Shown here in pieces: positions 36,597-50,290 of a stretch of 64,000 nt of DNA. Both the position numbers and the translations under genes were made by a program. The notes under the pieces were generated by a model that was not told the origin of the DNA, searched no databases, and was given only the letters and a program-made list of their open reading frames with translations. This DNA comes from Podarcis tiliguerta. Its lineage: Eukaryota. The stretch lies in the NCBI GenBank assembly GCA_965153285.1, contig OZ229117.1; one strand, given 5' to 3'. How positions within the stretch are numbered: position 1 is the first letter of the stretch; every line of letters starts with the position of its first letter.

Positions 36597-38283
36597 TTCC
36601 TTCCAATTCTAGAAGTGTGGGTGTGGTGAGCAGAATTACAGTTTGCTTGCAAGCTTAAATTAGTGGCAATCATTAGCTACAGCATGTATGACTTGGCAAC
36701 CATAATTAAGAAATAAATTTATTGCGGAAACATGGAAATATCAATTAAGAAATAGTCAGTGACATCCCACAAGGGTCTGTATGATTATCTATGTTATCTG
36801 GGCTGTCGCTTCCAATGCTGGTTTGAATCTCAAAGACCTCTGAGGAGTGCTTCATCTGTCAAGTTAAATAAGTGAGAAAAACCTTAGCTGGTGGGGAAGG
36901 GGGGACATGCAGCGATACAAGCAAGGTGCAAACGCTACTGTTTTACTAGAGAACAAAGATGTCAGGCCTAGTCTGAGTATTATTGACAAATGTGTTCTTG
37001 CTTTCCACTGTAGTTTTGAAGTGAGTGGCAGGAAGATTTTATTCCTTATTGCAACATGCTTGACTGGTTAAGAAGAATACTGGTAAATCATAATGATCAA
37101 AAGGCATTGGTTTTAGGCATCTTCTATGGTGTGTTTTTGTATCTCTCTTCCACACATTCACAAAAAATGGAATACGCTGAATGGGAAAAGACCAAGAATG
37201 AGAACAGATCTCAAAATGCAGCACTTTTTAGTCATTTTGGCCAATGCATTTTGGGCGGAACAGGCCTTTGTTGAGGACTTGTTTACACACACAAAAAGGC
37301 AACAGCAGATAATAAACCATTCTTAAAACATGTAAAAACATTAAAGTACAACCTCAAAATTCCTATTTGTAAAGCCCTCATTATCATTCCCACAGGAATC
37401 CAGTCAATGATTTTCCTTTTTACCCTGTTATATGAAAAAAGAAAATTGTTTAATGGATTTCCGTGGGAATGATAATGAGGGTTTTGCTATTGTTGTTGTT
37501 ATTTCATATATGAATAACTTCCCACAAAGCATCCTGAAGCAATTTTTAAAAACATATATAAAATAGTTAAGACATATAAAAACATTTAAAAATGTGTGTG
37601 CGCGCACACACACACACACACACATTAAAGCAATAGCAGTGCATATATAAAAGCAAAGCAGATATCAAATGCAATTCAGAATGGATATTGCCATCTCCAT
37701 TCTAGAGGGGAAATGCTGTGTGCTATGTTTCTTCGGGCCAGTGGTATAGCGTGGGTTGCCAGCACGCGGGGCTATGTAGAGGGTGGAGGCGTCCACATCA
37801 CACAGCAGATCACAGCCACAGAGATAAGAAAACAAGTGTCGTTCCACTGTCTGAGAGGTCACTTCCTGGTTCCCATGGAGAAGCTGTTTTCAGTGGAGCC
37901 CAACGACTGAAGTACACAGCTGTATTGATGCAGCACCGGGTTTTGAAATTTTGCACTCAGGGCAACTGCCCCAGGCCCCCCCCCCACCACCACCACACTA
38001 TGCCACTGCTTCTAGCCTCTTGAGAAAGGCTCTTAGTGGGTGGGGGAGCTGTTCTGCTGGTGTCTGAACTTGAACCACAGAATTGCACCCTGAGCACACT
38101 ACCAAATTTCAGTTAATTCTGATATATCATCAATTGCCCAAGAGTTATGCTATAAGCAAGCAGAGAGGCTAAATGGATGAGTGAAATCAAAGCCCTTTTG
38201 GCCAATTAGGGCAAACCAATGAGCAATGAGTTAAGGCTAGGTGAAACTGCCAACCTTCTCCTCTTACAGTGTGTGCAGCTTTA

Positions 38284-38524
38284 AAGGTAAAGGGACCCCT
38301 GACCATTAGGTCCAGTCGTGGCCGACTCTGGGGTTGCAGCACTCATCTCGCTTTATTGGCCGAGGGAGCCTGCGTACAGCTTCTGGGTCATGTGGCCAGC
38401 ATGACTAAGCCGCTTCTGGCGAACCCGAGAAGCACCTGGAAACGCAGTATACCTTCCCGCCGGAGTGGTACCTATTTATCTACTTGCACTTTGACGTGCT
38501 TTTGAACTGCTAGGCTGGCAGGAG
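38284..38524 (-). mobile_element. Sauria SINE, 5'-truncated
   Basis: Matches 10094-10330; perfect 13-bp TSD gtgtgcagcttta at 38271-38283 and 38525-38537. Confidence 0.95.
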
Positions 38525-39792
38525 GTGTGCAGCTTTACAGTACTACAAACTAGGTTGTACACTCTCCAAACTGGCAGCCCTCTCCTGCTAGTGAAGCAAA
38601 GCAACAGCAGAGATGCTCCAGGGCAGCTGTTGGTGTGTGTGTGTGCGCGCACACTTGCACAGCTCACACCACAAATGCAGAGCTCCTCTGACCTCACTGC
38701 AGCTTCACCCTGCCATATCCCCATCCTGACAAACAGCACCACAGCCAGACGGTGGCCACGGCTTCTGCCCATCCCCCATGGGTCTGGGTGGACAATTCAA
38801 CAGACCATAACAGCAAGAAAGGAGCAGCTGGCCTAGATGACTCCAGGGGCTGACAGTGCCTGATTGTGAGCCTTGGCAGGTAAGTGCCCAGCAATGCTGA
38901 CCCAGCCCCAGCCCTGGTGAGGATAGAAAAGCAGGATATAAACGGAATACATAAATATATCAAGAAGGGTGGAACTAAGTAAGGGACCTAATAAAGCAGA
39001 CCAGAAGAATAGCTCAGTGATGCAGAGGAAGACATAAATTGTGGAAGCCACCAAGCTGTGACTCAATTGTGAACAACAGCTGAAATAAACAGCAGAACCG
39101 GGGCACAGAGCAGAGAAGGATACAGGCAATCAACAGGCTTTGTTTTCTATATCTCCTGAGTGACTCTTCATTGTTAGCATAAACTTCCTGAACACATGAT
39201 GGCAGACAGATTTAGTGTGGTGTGAAGCAGCCCTAATAATGAGAACCATGTGGAATTTTGATAATTTTGGGAATCTTTTGAGAAATATTGTTCATCTTTT
39301 CAAAATACTGACTTTCAGCAGAACTTCTCAGGTGCTTTTCCTAAGGAGGAACTCCCAAATTCACTTAGGATTTCTCTTTAGGTAAATGCTTGTTACAACA
39401 AGAAAGGGTGTGGAATGCTCTGATTTATCTGGTTCTCCTCAAAAATACAGAGTTTTCCTGAGGAGAACCCCAACTTTTCCCTGGCAAATCTGCTTACAAT
39501 TCAGTTCTAAACAAATTTGCAGAGTTTAATGAGATTTATTTTCCTGTAAGTTTAGGACTTACTTGAAACACGGAGTCCCTACCCTATTATAGAAATTGCA
39601 ATGAATCTGTTAATATAATCAAACATTCCTTTATCTATTCATGATCACCAACTGTATAAGGGATCACAAGTTGTGAATTCACTGGGATGTATCATGCTTT
39701 GGAACAGCTGGGGGAATTTTAAACTTCTTTAAAGTAAAAATAATGTGAAAACTTTCTCAATGCTAACATTTTCATTTAGGGCCTTATAAATA

Positions 39793-39941
39793 CAGTCATA
39801 CTTTGGAAGCCGAACAGAATCTGTTCCGGATATTCGGCTTCCAAAAATAGTTCACAAACCAGAACAGTCACTTCTGGGTTTGTGGCGTTCGGGAGCCAAA
39901 ACGTTCGAGAACTAAGCTGTTCGAAAACCAAGGTAGGACTG
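39793..39941. mobile_element. Tc1/mariner MITE
   Basis: TA-cagtcatactttgg ... ccaaggtaggactg-TA. Confidence 0.8.
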
Positions 39942-42019
39942 TAATGACAAGAATAATTAATTATTTAAGAAGCATGCATACACGGACACACAGAGACAGA
40001 AACACTTTCATGTAGGCACCAAAGTTTTTAGGAGTGTGCTGGCTATTTAATGTGCTATTTGGATAGGGGCACATTGGTTACAGCATTCTAATAGACATCT
40101 TTAACATTAGCACATGGAAACATTAGTTAGGATGAATGAAGCAAAGTGGGACTCTGTAATATAACTGATGATACCTAGATCTATGCTAAGGGGAAGCATC
40201 CCCATAACTACTGCTATCTGAGATGCTTTGCATTCCTAAGAGATTTGTTGAAAAGCAATATTTTTCCTACCATCCACCAAGTCCTTTCAAAAGCACAATA
40301 CCCAAAACATCATTTTCATGAAGGTTTTTTTAAAAAACAAAACAAAGCACCTCCTTTCTGTGTTCCTGGGGTAAATGATCTGGAATAACAGTGGCAGATA
40401 CAGAAATCTTAAAATGGAGATCTAACATGTATCACTGGTTACTGATTCTTTTGTGACCTTGGAGGCACGAGAAAGGTTGCAGCAATATCAACATCTGCTT
40501 CTGGTTACTGTAAAAGTTTCATGGGGCTGATCCACGAACTGACAGAACTATTTAATGTGGCTTTATACAAACTACTCAATAACGTCCAGACTTCTACTTA
40601 ATCCTGTTACCATAACTATTGACGTTAGTTCATGTCCTGCTAATCCTGATCTATCTGTAGGATAGGGAAAACATGACTTCAATTATTATTCTTTTTTTGG
40701 GGGGGGGGAATCGACGATCAGAGCCAAAAAGTTTGTGTGGGAAGCTGCCTTATTGAGTCAGCCCATGGATCTGTCTAGCTCTGCTGTCTACACTGACTGG
40801 CAACGCCTCTTCAGAGTTTCAAACAGAGGACGCTCTGGGGATGGAACCACTGAGCTACAACCCTTTCCTTTGAAAGGGATCTGAACTCTGTTCAACTAAG
40901 AAACCAGGATGTTTACCCAATCAGCTGGTTTCATTCACTGCAGTGGGGGGGCCACAAATGAGAGCCGAAGCCACAGAGCCACTCAGAAGCTTAAGGAGTA
41001 TCTGATCCACTTGGCTTGATAATGGCCAACATTTTGACTCGGAAACATGAAAACCTTCCCTAAAACGCCCCCATTTCCTTTGTAATTCAAGGTAGGCACT
41101 TTCCCCCCCTAAAATGTGGTCAGTCGGCCTGATCACTCTGCTGTGTGGGGGCCTGGACTTCTGCCCCAAAGCTCTGCCCTGAGACACCATCGCCTGCCAG
41201 GGAATAGAAACCTGCTTATCTCATCATCACCTGCCTATTAATCAAAGGTCCTGCATTATCAGAGAAGCTGGGAGTCTCCAGACAGTGGCTGCTTCTCATA
41301 GAAGCCCCTTCTTGAAATGTGCCCATGCCATTCCCATATAATTGTTCCTTCATTGAACCTTCCATTCAGTTGAATTAACTGACCTAACTAGAATAAGATA
41401 ATAGTTCCTTTATTTTTCTTTCTTCCCCCACCCAATGACGGGGGCAGAAGCTCAGCTCAATATGAATGGCAGATCTTCTATGAAAACATGGGAAGAAAGT
41501 GGCTTATGTTAAACAGGCAGCTTGAAAGTATAGGCGTACTTTTGCAAACAATGTCCTTTCTGGTCATAGGAACTTTGGGTTACTCTTGAGTATAACCTGC
41601 AAATGTGCTATAAAGGTCAGCTAGGGAGACCATGAATAGTTTTATTTAAATAAATCAATTTGTTAAACAAGAAGTTGGTGGGATTATGTATCTACAAGGG
41701 TGTCGAGCGCAGAAAGATAATTATTTATGTTTGCATAAATCATTTTCTTCTTACGCAGGGATCAGGGTTGGATGCTTTGGCTGCGAGAAGGGAGGGCAAA
41801 AGAAGATCAAAGTATCAATTTGCTGATCAGGATGGAGTGGCAGAGTGCAACTGGGAATTGGGGTGGAAGCAAGATCATTACTTTCATTTAAATAAGTCAA
41901 TTTGTTGTTGGTCAAGGAAGTTGGATAAGCTGTTGGGAGGGCATGGAAAATGCACTACGATGTCTGTTAAGAAAACAAAGTTCCCTGTATCCTTTCTCCT
42001 CCTCAAAACTCTTATTTGT

Positions 42020-42240
42020 TTCATTGTGGATGGGCTATCAATGGCTACTGGGCACGATGGCAATCTTCTACCTCCACTGTTGGAGGCATTATGCCTCTGA
42101 ATGCCAGTTGCTGGAGAATGCTGTTGAGCTCAGATTCTGCTTTTGGATTCCCAGTAGGTATCTGGTTGGCCATTGTGAGAAAAGGATATTGATCTAGATG
42201 GGTCCTTAATCTGATTCAGCAGCTTTTTCTTGAGGTTATT
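42020..42240 (+). mobile_element. Old CR1 3' UTR fragment
   Basis: gggctatcaatggctact..tgcctctgaatgccagttgctgg..tctggttggccattgtgaga..ctagatggg. Confidence 0.7.
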
Positions 42241-45230
42241 ATATTTCAAAATTTTGTAATTTCTGTTAAATGCAAGTTGTGGAAACTTAAAGCCTGGATG
42301 AAATGTAAAAGGGAGGATTGTTCTGCTACATTTTATGAGAATTTTCTTTTATGAGTTCCTCCAGAAGAGTTAGAGAATTTCACTGCCAAATAGTCCTCCC
42401 ACAATCAATTTACCACCCATTAATTGGATGTCAGGTAAAATTGTGGATCCAGTTTTAATACTAATTTCGTATTATTTAAAGGAGCAATAGGAGTAGCCCC
42501 TACACTTTACCTCCTCCTCTTTTATCCCATTGCTTCCTTCATCCACCTGTCTGAAGCAACATAGTTTCATTCAGTCTTAACTGAGCTAAACTTTCTGCAA
42601 TTTTCTTTCTTTCTTGTGAATTATTTCTCCTCCACCTCTTGAATAATTCTACTTCCCAATATGTCTCCCCCAAATCACAGTTACCATGGATGCTTATGGG
42701 TTTCCTAAAAAAGAGCATGTGAGAAATTACCATGTTGCATAAAATGTACAGTACATGTGTTAATGTATATACATAGATGCACATTTAGAAGTACTATAAT
42801 CTAAATACATATCACCGTAGCTCTGAACAGGTGGCCTTTGTGCTTGCTCAGTCTGTCCAGAAGTTGTCCATCAGATGTACAAAGCTATTGTACAAAACTG
42901 CAGTACAAAATGATCATTAAATTGACTGGTTGATCAACAACATTAAACAGAGACAATGAAACAGTTACATAGTCCTGTCTACAGAAAAAGGTCTTCAAGA
43001 GACAATTGGAAATAAAAGGAGAGGACTTCTGATTTCATTTTGTAACTTTACTTTACACTCCTTAGAGACTGTGACATTAAGTGGTTTTAATAAATAACAG
43101 AAGGCCATTTTCAGTAAACTTGAAGTCATGACTACCCTTTTCCATCCACAAATAAGGTGACAAATTTGAAGATGCAACATTTTAGACATACTGAAATCAA
43201 AGATGGGTGCATGTGTAAATTGCCAGGATCTGCCAGGGCTAGAACTGGTAGCCCATGGCTATTTGCACAGCTGTTGAGCATTTACGTATCTGTGATTCCA
43301 GCATTGCAGGGGGTTGGACTGGGTGACTCTTTGGTCCCTTCCAGCTCTACAATTCTTAAGATTTCTGTAGGCCATAAAGTGTAGTGAAGAGTCTCCCCTA
43401 CCCAAGCTGGCCCTTGGTTCCCCTCACAAGGAATGGCTATAAAGGCTTTTTATTGCAGCAATGACTTGGCCTTCAATGGTTTCCTCCTATCTCCCACTCC
43501 TATCTCCCACTTGATGGCTCAGTGCATAAATTTGCTGAGGTCCTGTCAAAATCAAGGAAACTGGGTACTCGAATTATTATTCACTTCACCTCAGGTGCAG
43601 CCTGTTGGGAGGCGCCATACACTTTGCTTCCCAGTACTGTCATGGCTGCCACTTACTGGGAGGGAGAGTGGGAGAAGTGAGGTGGAGGAGAGCTCAGCAC
43701 TGTGCAGGCACCCTGGCGGAACCGTCTGCCAGTGGGTTGGCACAATACCAACCTCCCTGCTGTCTTACCTTCTCCTTCCACATAAGCAGCAGCAACTCTG
43801 GTGCCAGGAGGCCAGCTGCACGATGGCGCCCCTCCCCACTGGCTACTCCTGCTTTAGATGCCTGGAGGAGCATCTCTGAAGAAGTGCCTCATAAAAACAG
43901 ACAGGCTAATACAGAGGGAAGATACAGGCTAATACAGAGGGAAGCCTTCGTGAAGATGGAACTAAAGAAACAAAACCATCTCCCCACAATACAAAAAACA
44001 AACACTATTCTGTAGGTCTGTTGGTCCCCCGTGAGCGACACCTGCTGAAATTCCTTCTTCTGTACCACTCTTAAAGGCACATTTGCCCTCTCCTCTTCTG
44101 CATCAGGCTACCCTACATCCTACAAGCCCTACTCAGTGTATAGAAGCTTCATGTGTTCATTGTAATATACTCTTCAAAGATCCCAATTAAAATAAGTTCT
44201 TCAACAAAATTCTGGTGTGCTCAGAAATGCTTTTGGCTTCCAATTTCCCTTGGATTTAGGGATTGCAATGGTATTGATAAATTGAGCTAAACTGAGTATG
44301 CTAAAGGAACTGTTTTATTTAGTAGAGTCATATATCTTTGCATTATTATGAAGAAAGCTCTTTTATTGCTTTTGTGTCTGCTGAACTGCCTCAGGAAAAC
44401 ATCCTTTCTCTTCCCTCCCTTGCATTTCGTCGTTGCTACCCTGAAAGCATCGAACGTACACAAACTTGATTATGATTAATTGAGGGCTCCTTGCAAATTA
44501 TGCTTTTTTATAATAAAAAACCTCTACCATCTAAGTCTTCCATCTGCTCTAGAAAACAAAATGGGATTTTATTTTTACATTTATGAGGATACCTAGGGCT
44601 CACTGGGTAAATCATCTAAATGCAACCATAATGGTTAGGAATGCAGGCAAAATAGGGATTCTGTCCCAAATTATGGCAAAAGGATTTCTTTCGCTGCATT
44701 GCACCTCAGGCTAATGTATTATAGGAACCTGTCTTACACCAGTCAAAATATTTGTCCATTTTTTGCAGTGTGACTGGCTGTGGCTGTCCAGGATCAAGTG
44801 ACTATGCAGACAGCAGCAATTTGTGCCCCCATTTCTGTTTCAATCAGAATTCTCCAACTTCTCTGCTCTGGGGGCTCATCTGCACCTCTGAACCATTTTA
44901 GGATTCTGCTATCAAATGATTTGTCACCCTGAGTGCAATTAGTGTTCTCATCGCAATGAATGGACAAAGCAAGAGTGACTCGAGGATTTTAATGGGAACA
45001 ATCTCCCCATAGGTCTTCCAGCAATATATTTGAGAAATTTGTAATGACTGTTCAGGGACTGTATGTCGTAATCAGCCACCCCTTCTTCGTTCATTCTTGC
45101 ATAGCTGTCCGATCAATAGAGTAAGAGCCCATTCAGGCAATGCTGATAGGCACACTGAAAGCTCCCAGAGAGGTCCTCCTACTGTCCTAGAATTCTGTAG
45201 TCCTCAACATAAGAGGACCCCTTCCTGTCT

Positions 45231-45390
45231 TAGTGCATTTTTTTCTAAAAAAAAAATGTTTAGGGATACTCTCATATACTCTCATTTTCCTACCCATATT
45301 GAAATACTGTCCCTCAATGAGGCCAAACTTAGATTTACAAATTGTTTAGGGATATGCATACCCCTGTATCCCACCAGAAAAAAAGCACTG
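45231..45390. mobile_element. hAT-family MITE
   Basis: TIR tagtgcattttttt / aaaaaaagcactg; homologous to 4225-4390. Confidence 0.7.
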
Positions 45391-47241
45391 GGTTTAACTA
45401 CCTGCTCCAACCCAGTTACTTGTGGCCAAAAGGCACATTACATTTGCAGAGTGAGCAAAATTCTCTCCACATGCTTAAGATCCTGGTTGTTGCAGGCTCT
45501 GATATGGTCTGTTTGTCTACTAAGAATGGAGTGAGTTGAGGCCCATTGTCCTGTCTTTGTGCCTCCCCCTCCCCTTTAGTTATTAGTTTTTTCCCAGCAT
45601 CCTTCACTCCAAATAAAGCTTTGTTGCAGTTCTTGATGCCCCTTGTGTGAGGTGTGACGATGGCAGTTAAGCTCCCTGTTCTGAGGATTTTATCCCATTC
45701 TGCCTTGGCTTGTAAGGGCCCCTCCATACTGGTGTTTTATTCCAGTGGTATTCTGCAGCATGTCCTTGACACAATAATATTTATTCTGCTTTATTAATTA
45801 TGCTGTGATGATGTCACGATGAAAACACATCCTGTATCTTTAAATATGGTTTTAGTAAGCTGGCAGACCTAATAAGCAGACTCACTAGGGCCAACTTGTA
45901 CATTTGACAACCTAGTAAGTTAATGTTTATTAGAGACATTTTTGTTTATTGTATATTCATATATAACCCTTTTAAAACGTGCCAAAACTTTATTCTATCC
46001 TTTTAAAAGTTAAGTTGTGTTTTTAACTCAGATGGACTGTTAGCGTTGCAGAGTAACTCTACCTTGAAACCAAGCCCAAATGGCCAGAACGGTTACATTT
46101 GTATGTGTGCATGTGAATGTATTTTTGCTTATGGAGAGCTACGAAGTGAAGAAGCAGGCTCAGCCTAGCAGATGTCAGCAATCTGGACTTTTGCTACTTT
46201 AAACTTCAGTCCTACGCAAATGGAGGATGTTCCCATGCATGTGGAGAGAACAATATCAAGGCAATTCAAACCTGGATCTTGGCAGAAAAGAATGCTGTTT
46301 CCACGAGCCAGCTGGCAATCTGGATTTTACAGGAAAAGAACTTTTGTTTGCTAGGACATAAAAGCAGCTCACTCCCAATGCCAATTCGGAGAAGAACCAA
46401 TTCACAAAAGGGATTACAAATCTGGAGAATGCTACATGGCAGGGATTAAAAGGGACACCAAGTCATTGCAGAACTTCCCTTCTCTCACCTCTCTTCCTAT
46501 TTCTCTTTTATTTCTTATAAGCCTCCCTTGACCAGGATGATTTGGGGGTGTGGGTGTGTTTGTAGTCACCTGCCTCCTGCGTGGGTGGATTAGGGTTAGT
46601 GTGTTCATAGGGTAATTCATTTACTTCTTCACAAGGGAGAAAAAGTCCTAAACTGTGTAATACTTCCAATTTTCCATTTTGGTCTGGTTATTTGTCTATA
46701 TATTTGCAAAAGAGCCCTTGCATTTCCTTTTGCAAAGAAAGTATTACACATTGTGCATCTCAAGCCTGGTCAACTTTGGTGCACAATGCAGAACTGTTAT
46801 TTAAAGTTCCATCCTCAGTGCTTCTCCAATGCTACCATGCCATTGCTGTCGGGGATAGTGGAGCAACACCCACCCTATAGGCACAAATGGTATAAGAAAG
46901 AGTAGGGTTGCATATAGCCCCAATAGCATCATGAACACAAATCATGAATGCAAAATAAAATGGACATCTGGTCACTTTGCAGCACCAATGGTTTTATTGA
47001 AGAGGTATGAAGGTTCTAACCTCTTTTTATTCAGAATTTTTTATTTGTGTTGTTATATAAAATGACTTTTCTACACTGTGTGTTACAGAAAGGACTGAAT
47101 CCTCATGTCTTGTGCAGGATAAATACTCTTGGGATAAATGACAGAATAGGAATATACTTCAGAAGGTGCTAGAGTAATTGGTCCACAAGCTCAGTTTTGT
47201 CTACACTGACTAGATTGTGTCTTCCCTAAAAGACGGCATGT

Positions 47242-47978
47242 GTTGCGGTGAGACCTGGAGACCGATCCCCTGTGTTGTGGGTGGGTAAGATTGGTCAGCC
47301 ACAACACCCAATTGGTAGGTCCCTCGATGTTGGGTTCAATCTGGTCAATGGGGTGCAGTCCAAATGGATCAAGGGACCTATATATATCCATGCACATGAC
47401 CCAGAGCTTCCTCTTTCAGCGTGTGCATTCAGAACACCCACCCACCTCTCTCTACTTTTAGGGCTTGTACACTTGACCTTGCTATGCCGTCGTGTATCAT
47501 CTGTCGTTGGGACAGGGGCACGGCAGGAATTTTCCCCGCTTGGCTGGTTGGCTGTTGCATGCCGTGTAGCAAATCGTCACAACTTGTAAGGTTGCGGATA
47601 GGCTCTGGTTCAGGTGATAGGGATGGGAGAACGCTCTCACCATCCCTATGTGATGGTGGAATCCAGGGACTCGATGGTTTGGTTAACCCCTGAGAGGGGG
47701 TTGTACCCGTGCCTGAGTCCAGGGGGACATCTGGGTGGTGAACATAGTCTGTTCCTGACTTTTCACCTATCCTGGTGTTCACCCTTAGCTGACCTATGCT
47801 GGAACCCTGGGTCATCGCTACCTGCATGGCAGGGAGCTAGTCGAACCAGAGCCTATGCAACCACTCACTTTCTGTAACCAATAGAGTTGTGGCTTAAATT
47901 CTGCCAAAAACCAAAACTAAAATTTGAGTCAAGTGTGAATTTATTTAGGAGGGAGGTTTCTGGGTCTGAACACGCAAC
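47242..47978 (+). mobile_element. Solo-LTR-like or DIRS-like terminal repeat (about 740 bp) inserted into a tRNA-SINE
   Basis: Imperfect terminal inverted repeats gttgcggtgagacctggagacc / ggtttctgggtctgaacacgcaac; TATA-like cctatatata near 47377; degenerate polyA module ttctgtaaccaatagagttgtggc; SINE halves at about 47175-47215 and 47980-48095. Confidence 0.7.
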
Positions 47979-48675
47979 TGTGGCACTCCAGGATTTCAGG
48001 CAGAGATTTTTATTTCCATCCCTACCTTGAGATGCCAGGGATTGAACCAGGGGCATCTTGCATGCCAAGCAGATGCTCAACCACAGAACCTTGGTGGTTT
48101 TCCTAAACTTGAGAAGTATTTAATTTGCTTCAATCCATTTGAACGTTTGCTTTGCTTTACCTCGGCGTCTGGTTAACTTGGAAATACTGGGTTTCATCCA
48201 CACTTACCTCCACACTTTCTAGGCAGAGGTCTGCTGTTTAAAGCACAGTCTCCAAGCATGCAGATTGCTGTTTGCTCTGAATCAGCAGTAAAGAGCTCCG
48301 GCTGTAGGTCTGGAACACTTGGACATGACACTTTAACGTGAAGAACAGTGCTTAGAAATACAGCACAAAAGGAAGTTGGGGTGATAGTTAACTTTTTGTT
48401 GCTGTAGATTTGTTTGTTAACCGAAGGATAGAATTGTTACATCGTTTATTGTTCCTATTTTTATGGTTGTTTTTTGTATATTGTTTTCCTCTTTTTTATT
48501 ACTTTGTTCCTTGCTCTGCAATTAAAAACATTCTATGCAGAGCAGGCTATAAATACTGTGAATAAACAATATAAATAAAATAAAAGAGATAAATGGATCA
48601 ATAGAGAAAAGTGCACACAATAATCCATGTATTAGTGAAAACAATCTTTTCCATATGGCAAAGATTGCTTGGGGA

Positions 48676-49096
48676 AAAATTTCTGTGTATAACACGCCCT
48701 TGTGTATAAGATGCCCCCTATTTGGGGTGACTGCAAATTAGGAAAATGGGGAGGAGATTGCCCAGAGTTGTTAGGCTTTTTTAGGGGGGGGGTTGCTGAA
48801 AAACACCCACCTGCATGACCTATGCTGACACTCGCATCACAAAAGCCACCTTTCGCCTGTCCCCTCACCAGCAGAAGCAGCCAATCACCCACCCAATTGC
48901 CACAGCAGCGGCAAATCAACACCAGCCCTTGCCGCAGACACCAATTGCATGCCAAATAGCTGATAACAGTCTACAGGTCACGGAAGCAACCAATCCCACA
49001 CCCCCCTGATGCACTCTCCGTGTATAAGGCGACCCCCCCCCCCCTTTTCATAATTTTTAAAGAAAAAATCCTAGTCTTATACATGGAAAAGTACGG
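48676..49096. mobile_element. Non-autonomous Tc1/mariner (Tigger-like) element
   Basis: Right TIR cttatacatggaaaagtacgg plus TA; degraded left end ttctgtgtataacac..gtgtataagatgcccc. Confidence 0.65.
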
Positions 49097-50290
49097 TATA
49101 CTAGGCAAAAATTACAAAACGTGTGCATTAGAGGAATGAGCATGATAATGTGGGCAAATTTTCATATGGACTTTTTTATAAAAAAATCAGAAATAAAAAA
49201 CTAAGAAACCAATATTTTGAGATTTACCCACCCCTAACTACAGTTGCCACCAAATGTTGATTAAATTTAAATGCTGGGACAATTTTAAAGGTCAACAATA
49301 AGGGATTTTTAAAGGGAATGATTTACAATGACATTCATTTTCAAAAAATTATTTGAGGAGGTTCCTCAAAGTATTTCAATGTGCCAACACCTATACATTC
49401 TGTGTTTTTTTAAACCACTGTGTGTTTTATGGTTAGAAGTTCACTGGAGCTTCTGGCAACTTTAGTCTGCAGTTTCTCAATCCTTTATCCTGGCATGTGG
49501 TGCCTTAATCTCACTGGAAATTTAAGAGAAGATAGGGAAAGAGGAAGATTTTTTTGTGGTTGAGATTCTAGGAGATTGGTTTCTGGATCTCAATCCAAAT
49601 TGCACCACATATTTTCTGTATGCCCTTGAGGAAACATATTCAGAATTCAGATTTCCTTCTGTGGGAAGAAATGAAAGGAAGAGGTTAAGCCCATTTTTGT
49701 CTTCCTGTTCTTTTCCTGTATACATGGCAAAGCCAGGGGTCATAGCATGGGGGTGCCAGGGGAGTCATGGCTCCAGTCACACAATTTTTGTGGGGGCGCA
49801 AACCAGGCACCCCTATGCAGGCACCCTGAGCATGGCCCGGCTCTTTGCCTGTCGGCCACGCGGGCTCCCCTCTGCATGGGTGGGTGGGCAGGCGGCTCAG
49901 CTCAGCCCCACTTTGCTCTGGTAGGGGTGGGGTTGTGTCAGCAGCAAGGGCTAGGCTTGCTCCCCTCCTGGCCTGGCGTCCCGTCCCCCAGTGAGTGCAC
50001 ACCCACCCTGGACACTGACAACTGACACCGCTGCTGGGCAGCTTTCTGCCTGAATGGTACAAATGTAGTCACAGATGCTTCAGTCCGATAGCCCTTTATT
50101 CCGTTCTCCTGACATTTCCTTTCCCCTGATGTGCTAGCATCACTAAAAACTAATGCAAGTATCCCCCCTCCCCCAGTCTGAATATACCCATAGGCAGAAT
50201 GTTCTATTGACAGTGCCTGGCATCCTTAGGCGGCTGTCAGGGCCCACTTACTGGTGCTTGCCCTGCTTGCTTGTTATCTTGTTTCTCGAT

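Noticed and set aside
41660-42100. 146-aa ORF with an acceptor-like site near 41758
   Set aside because: No donor or recognisable homology; its 3' end runs into a CR1 3' UTR.
47248-47877. Several overlapping ORFs
   Set aside because: All lie within the LTR-like element and show no gag/pol motifs.
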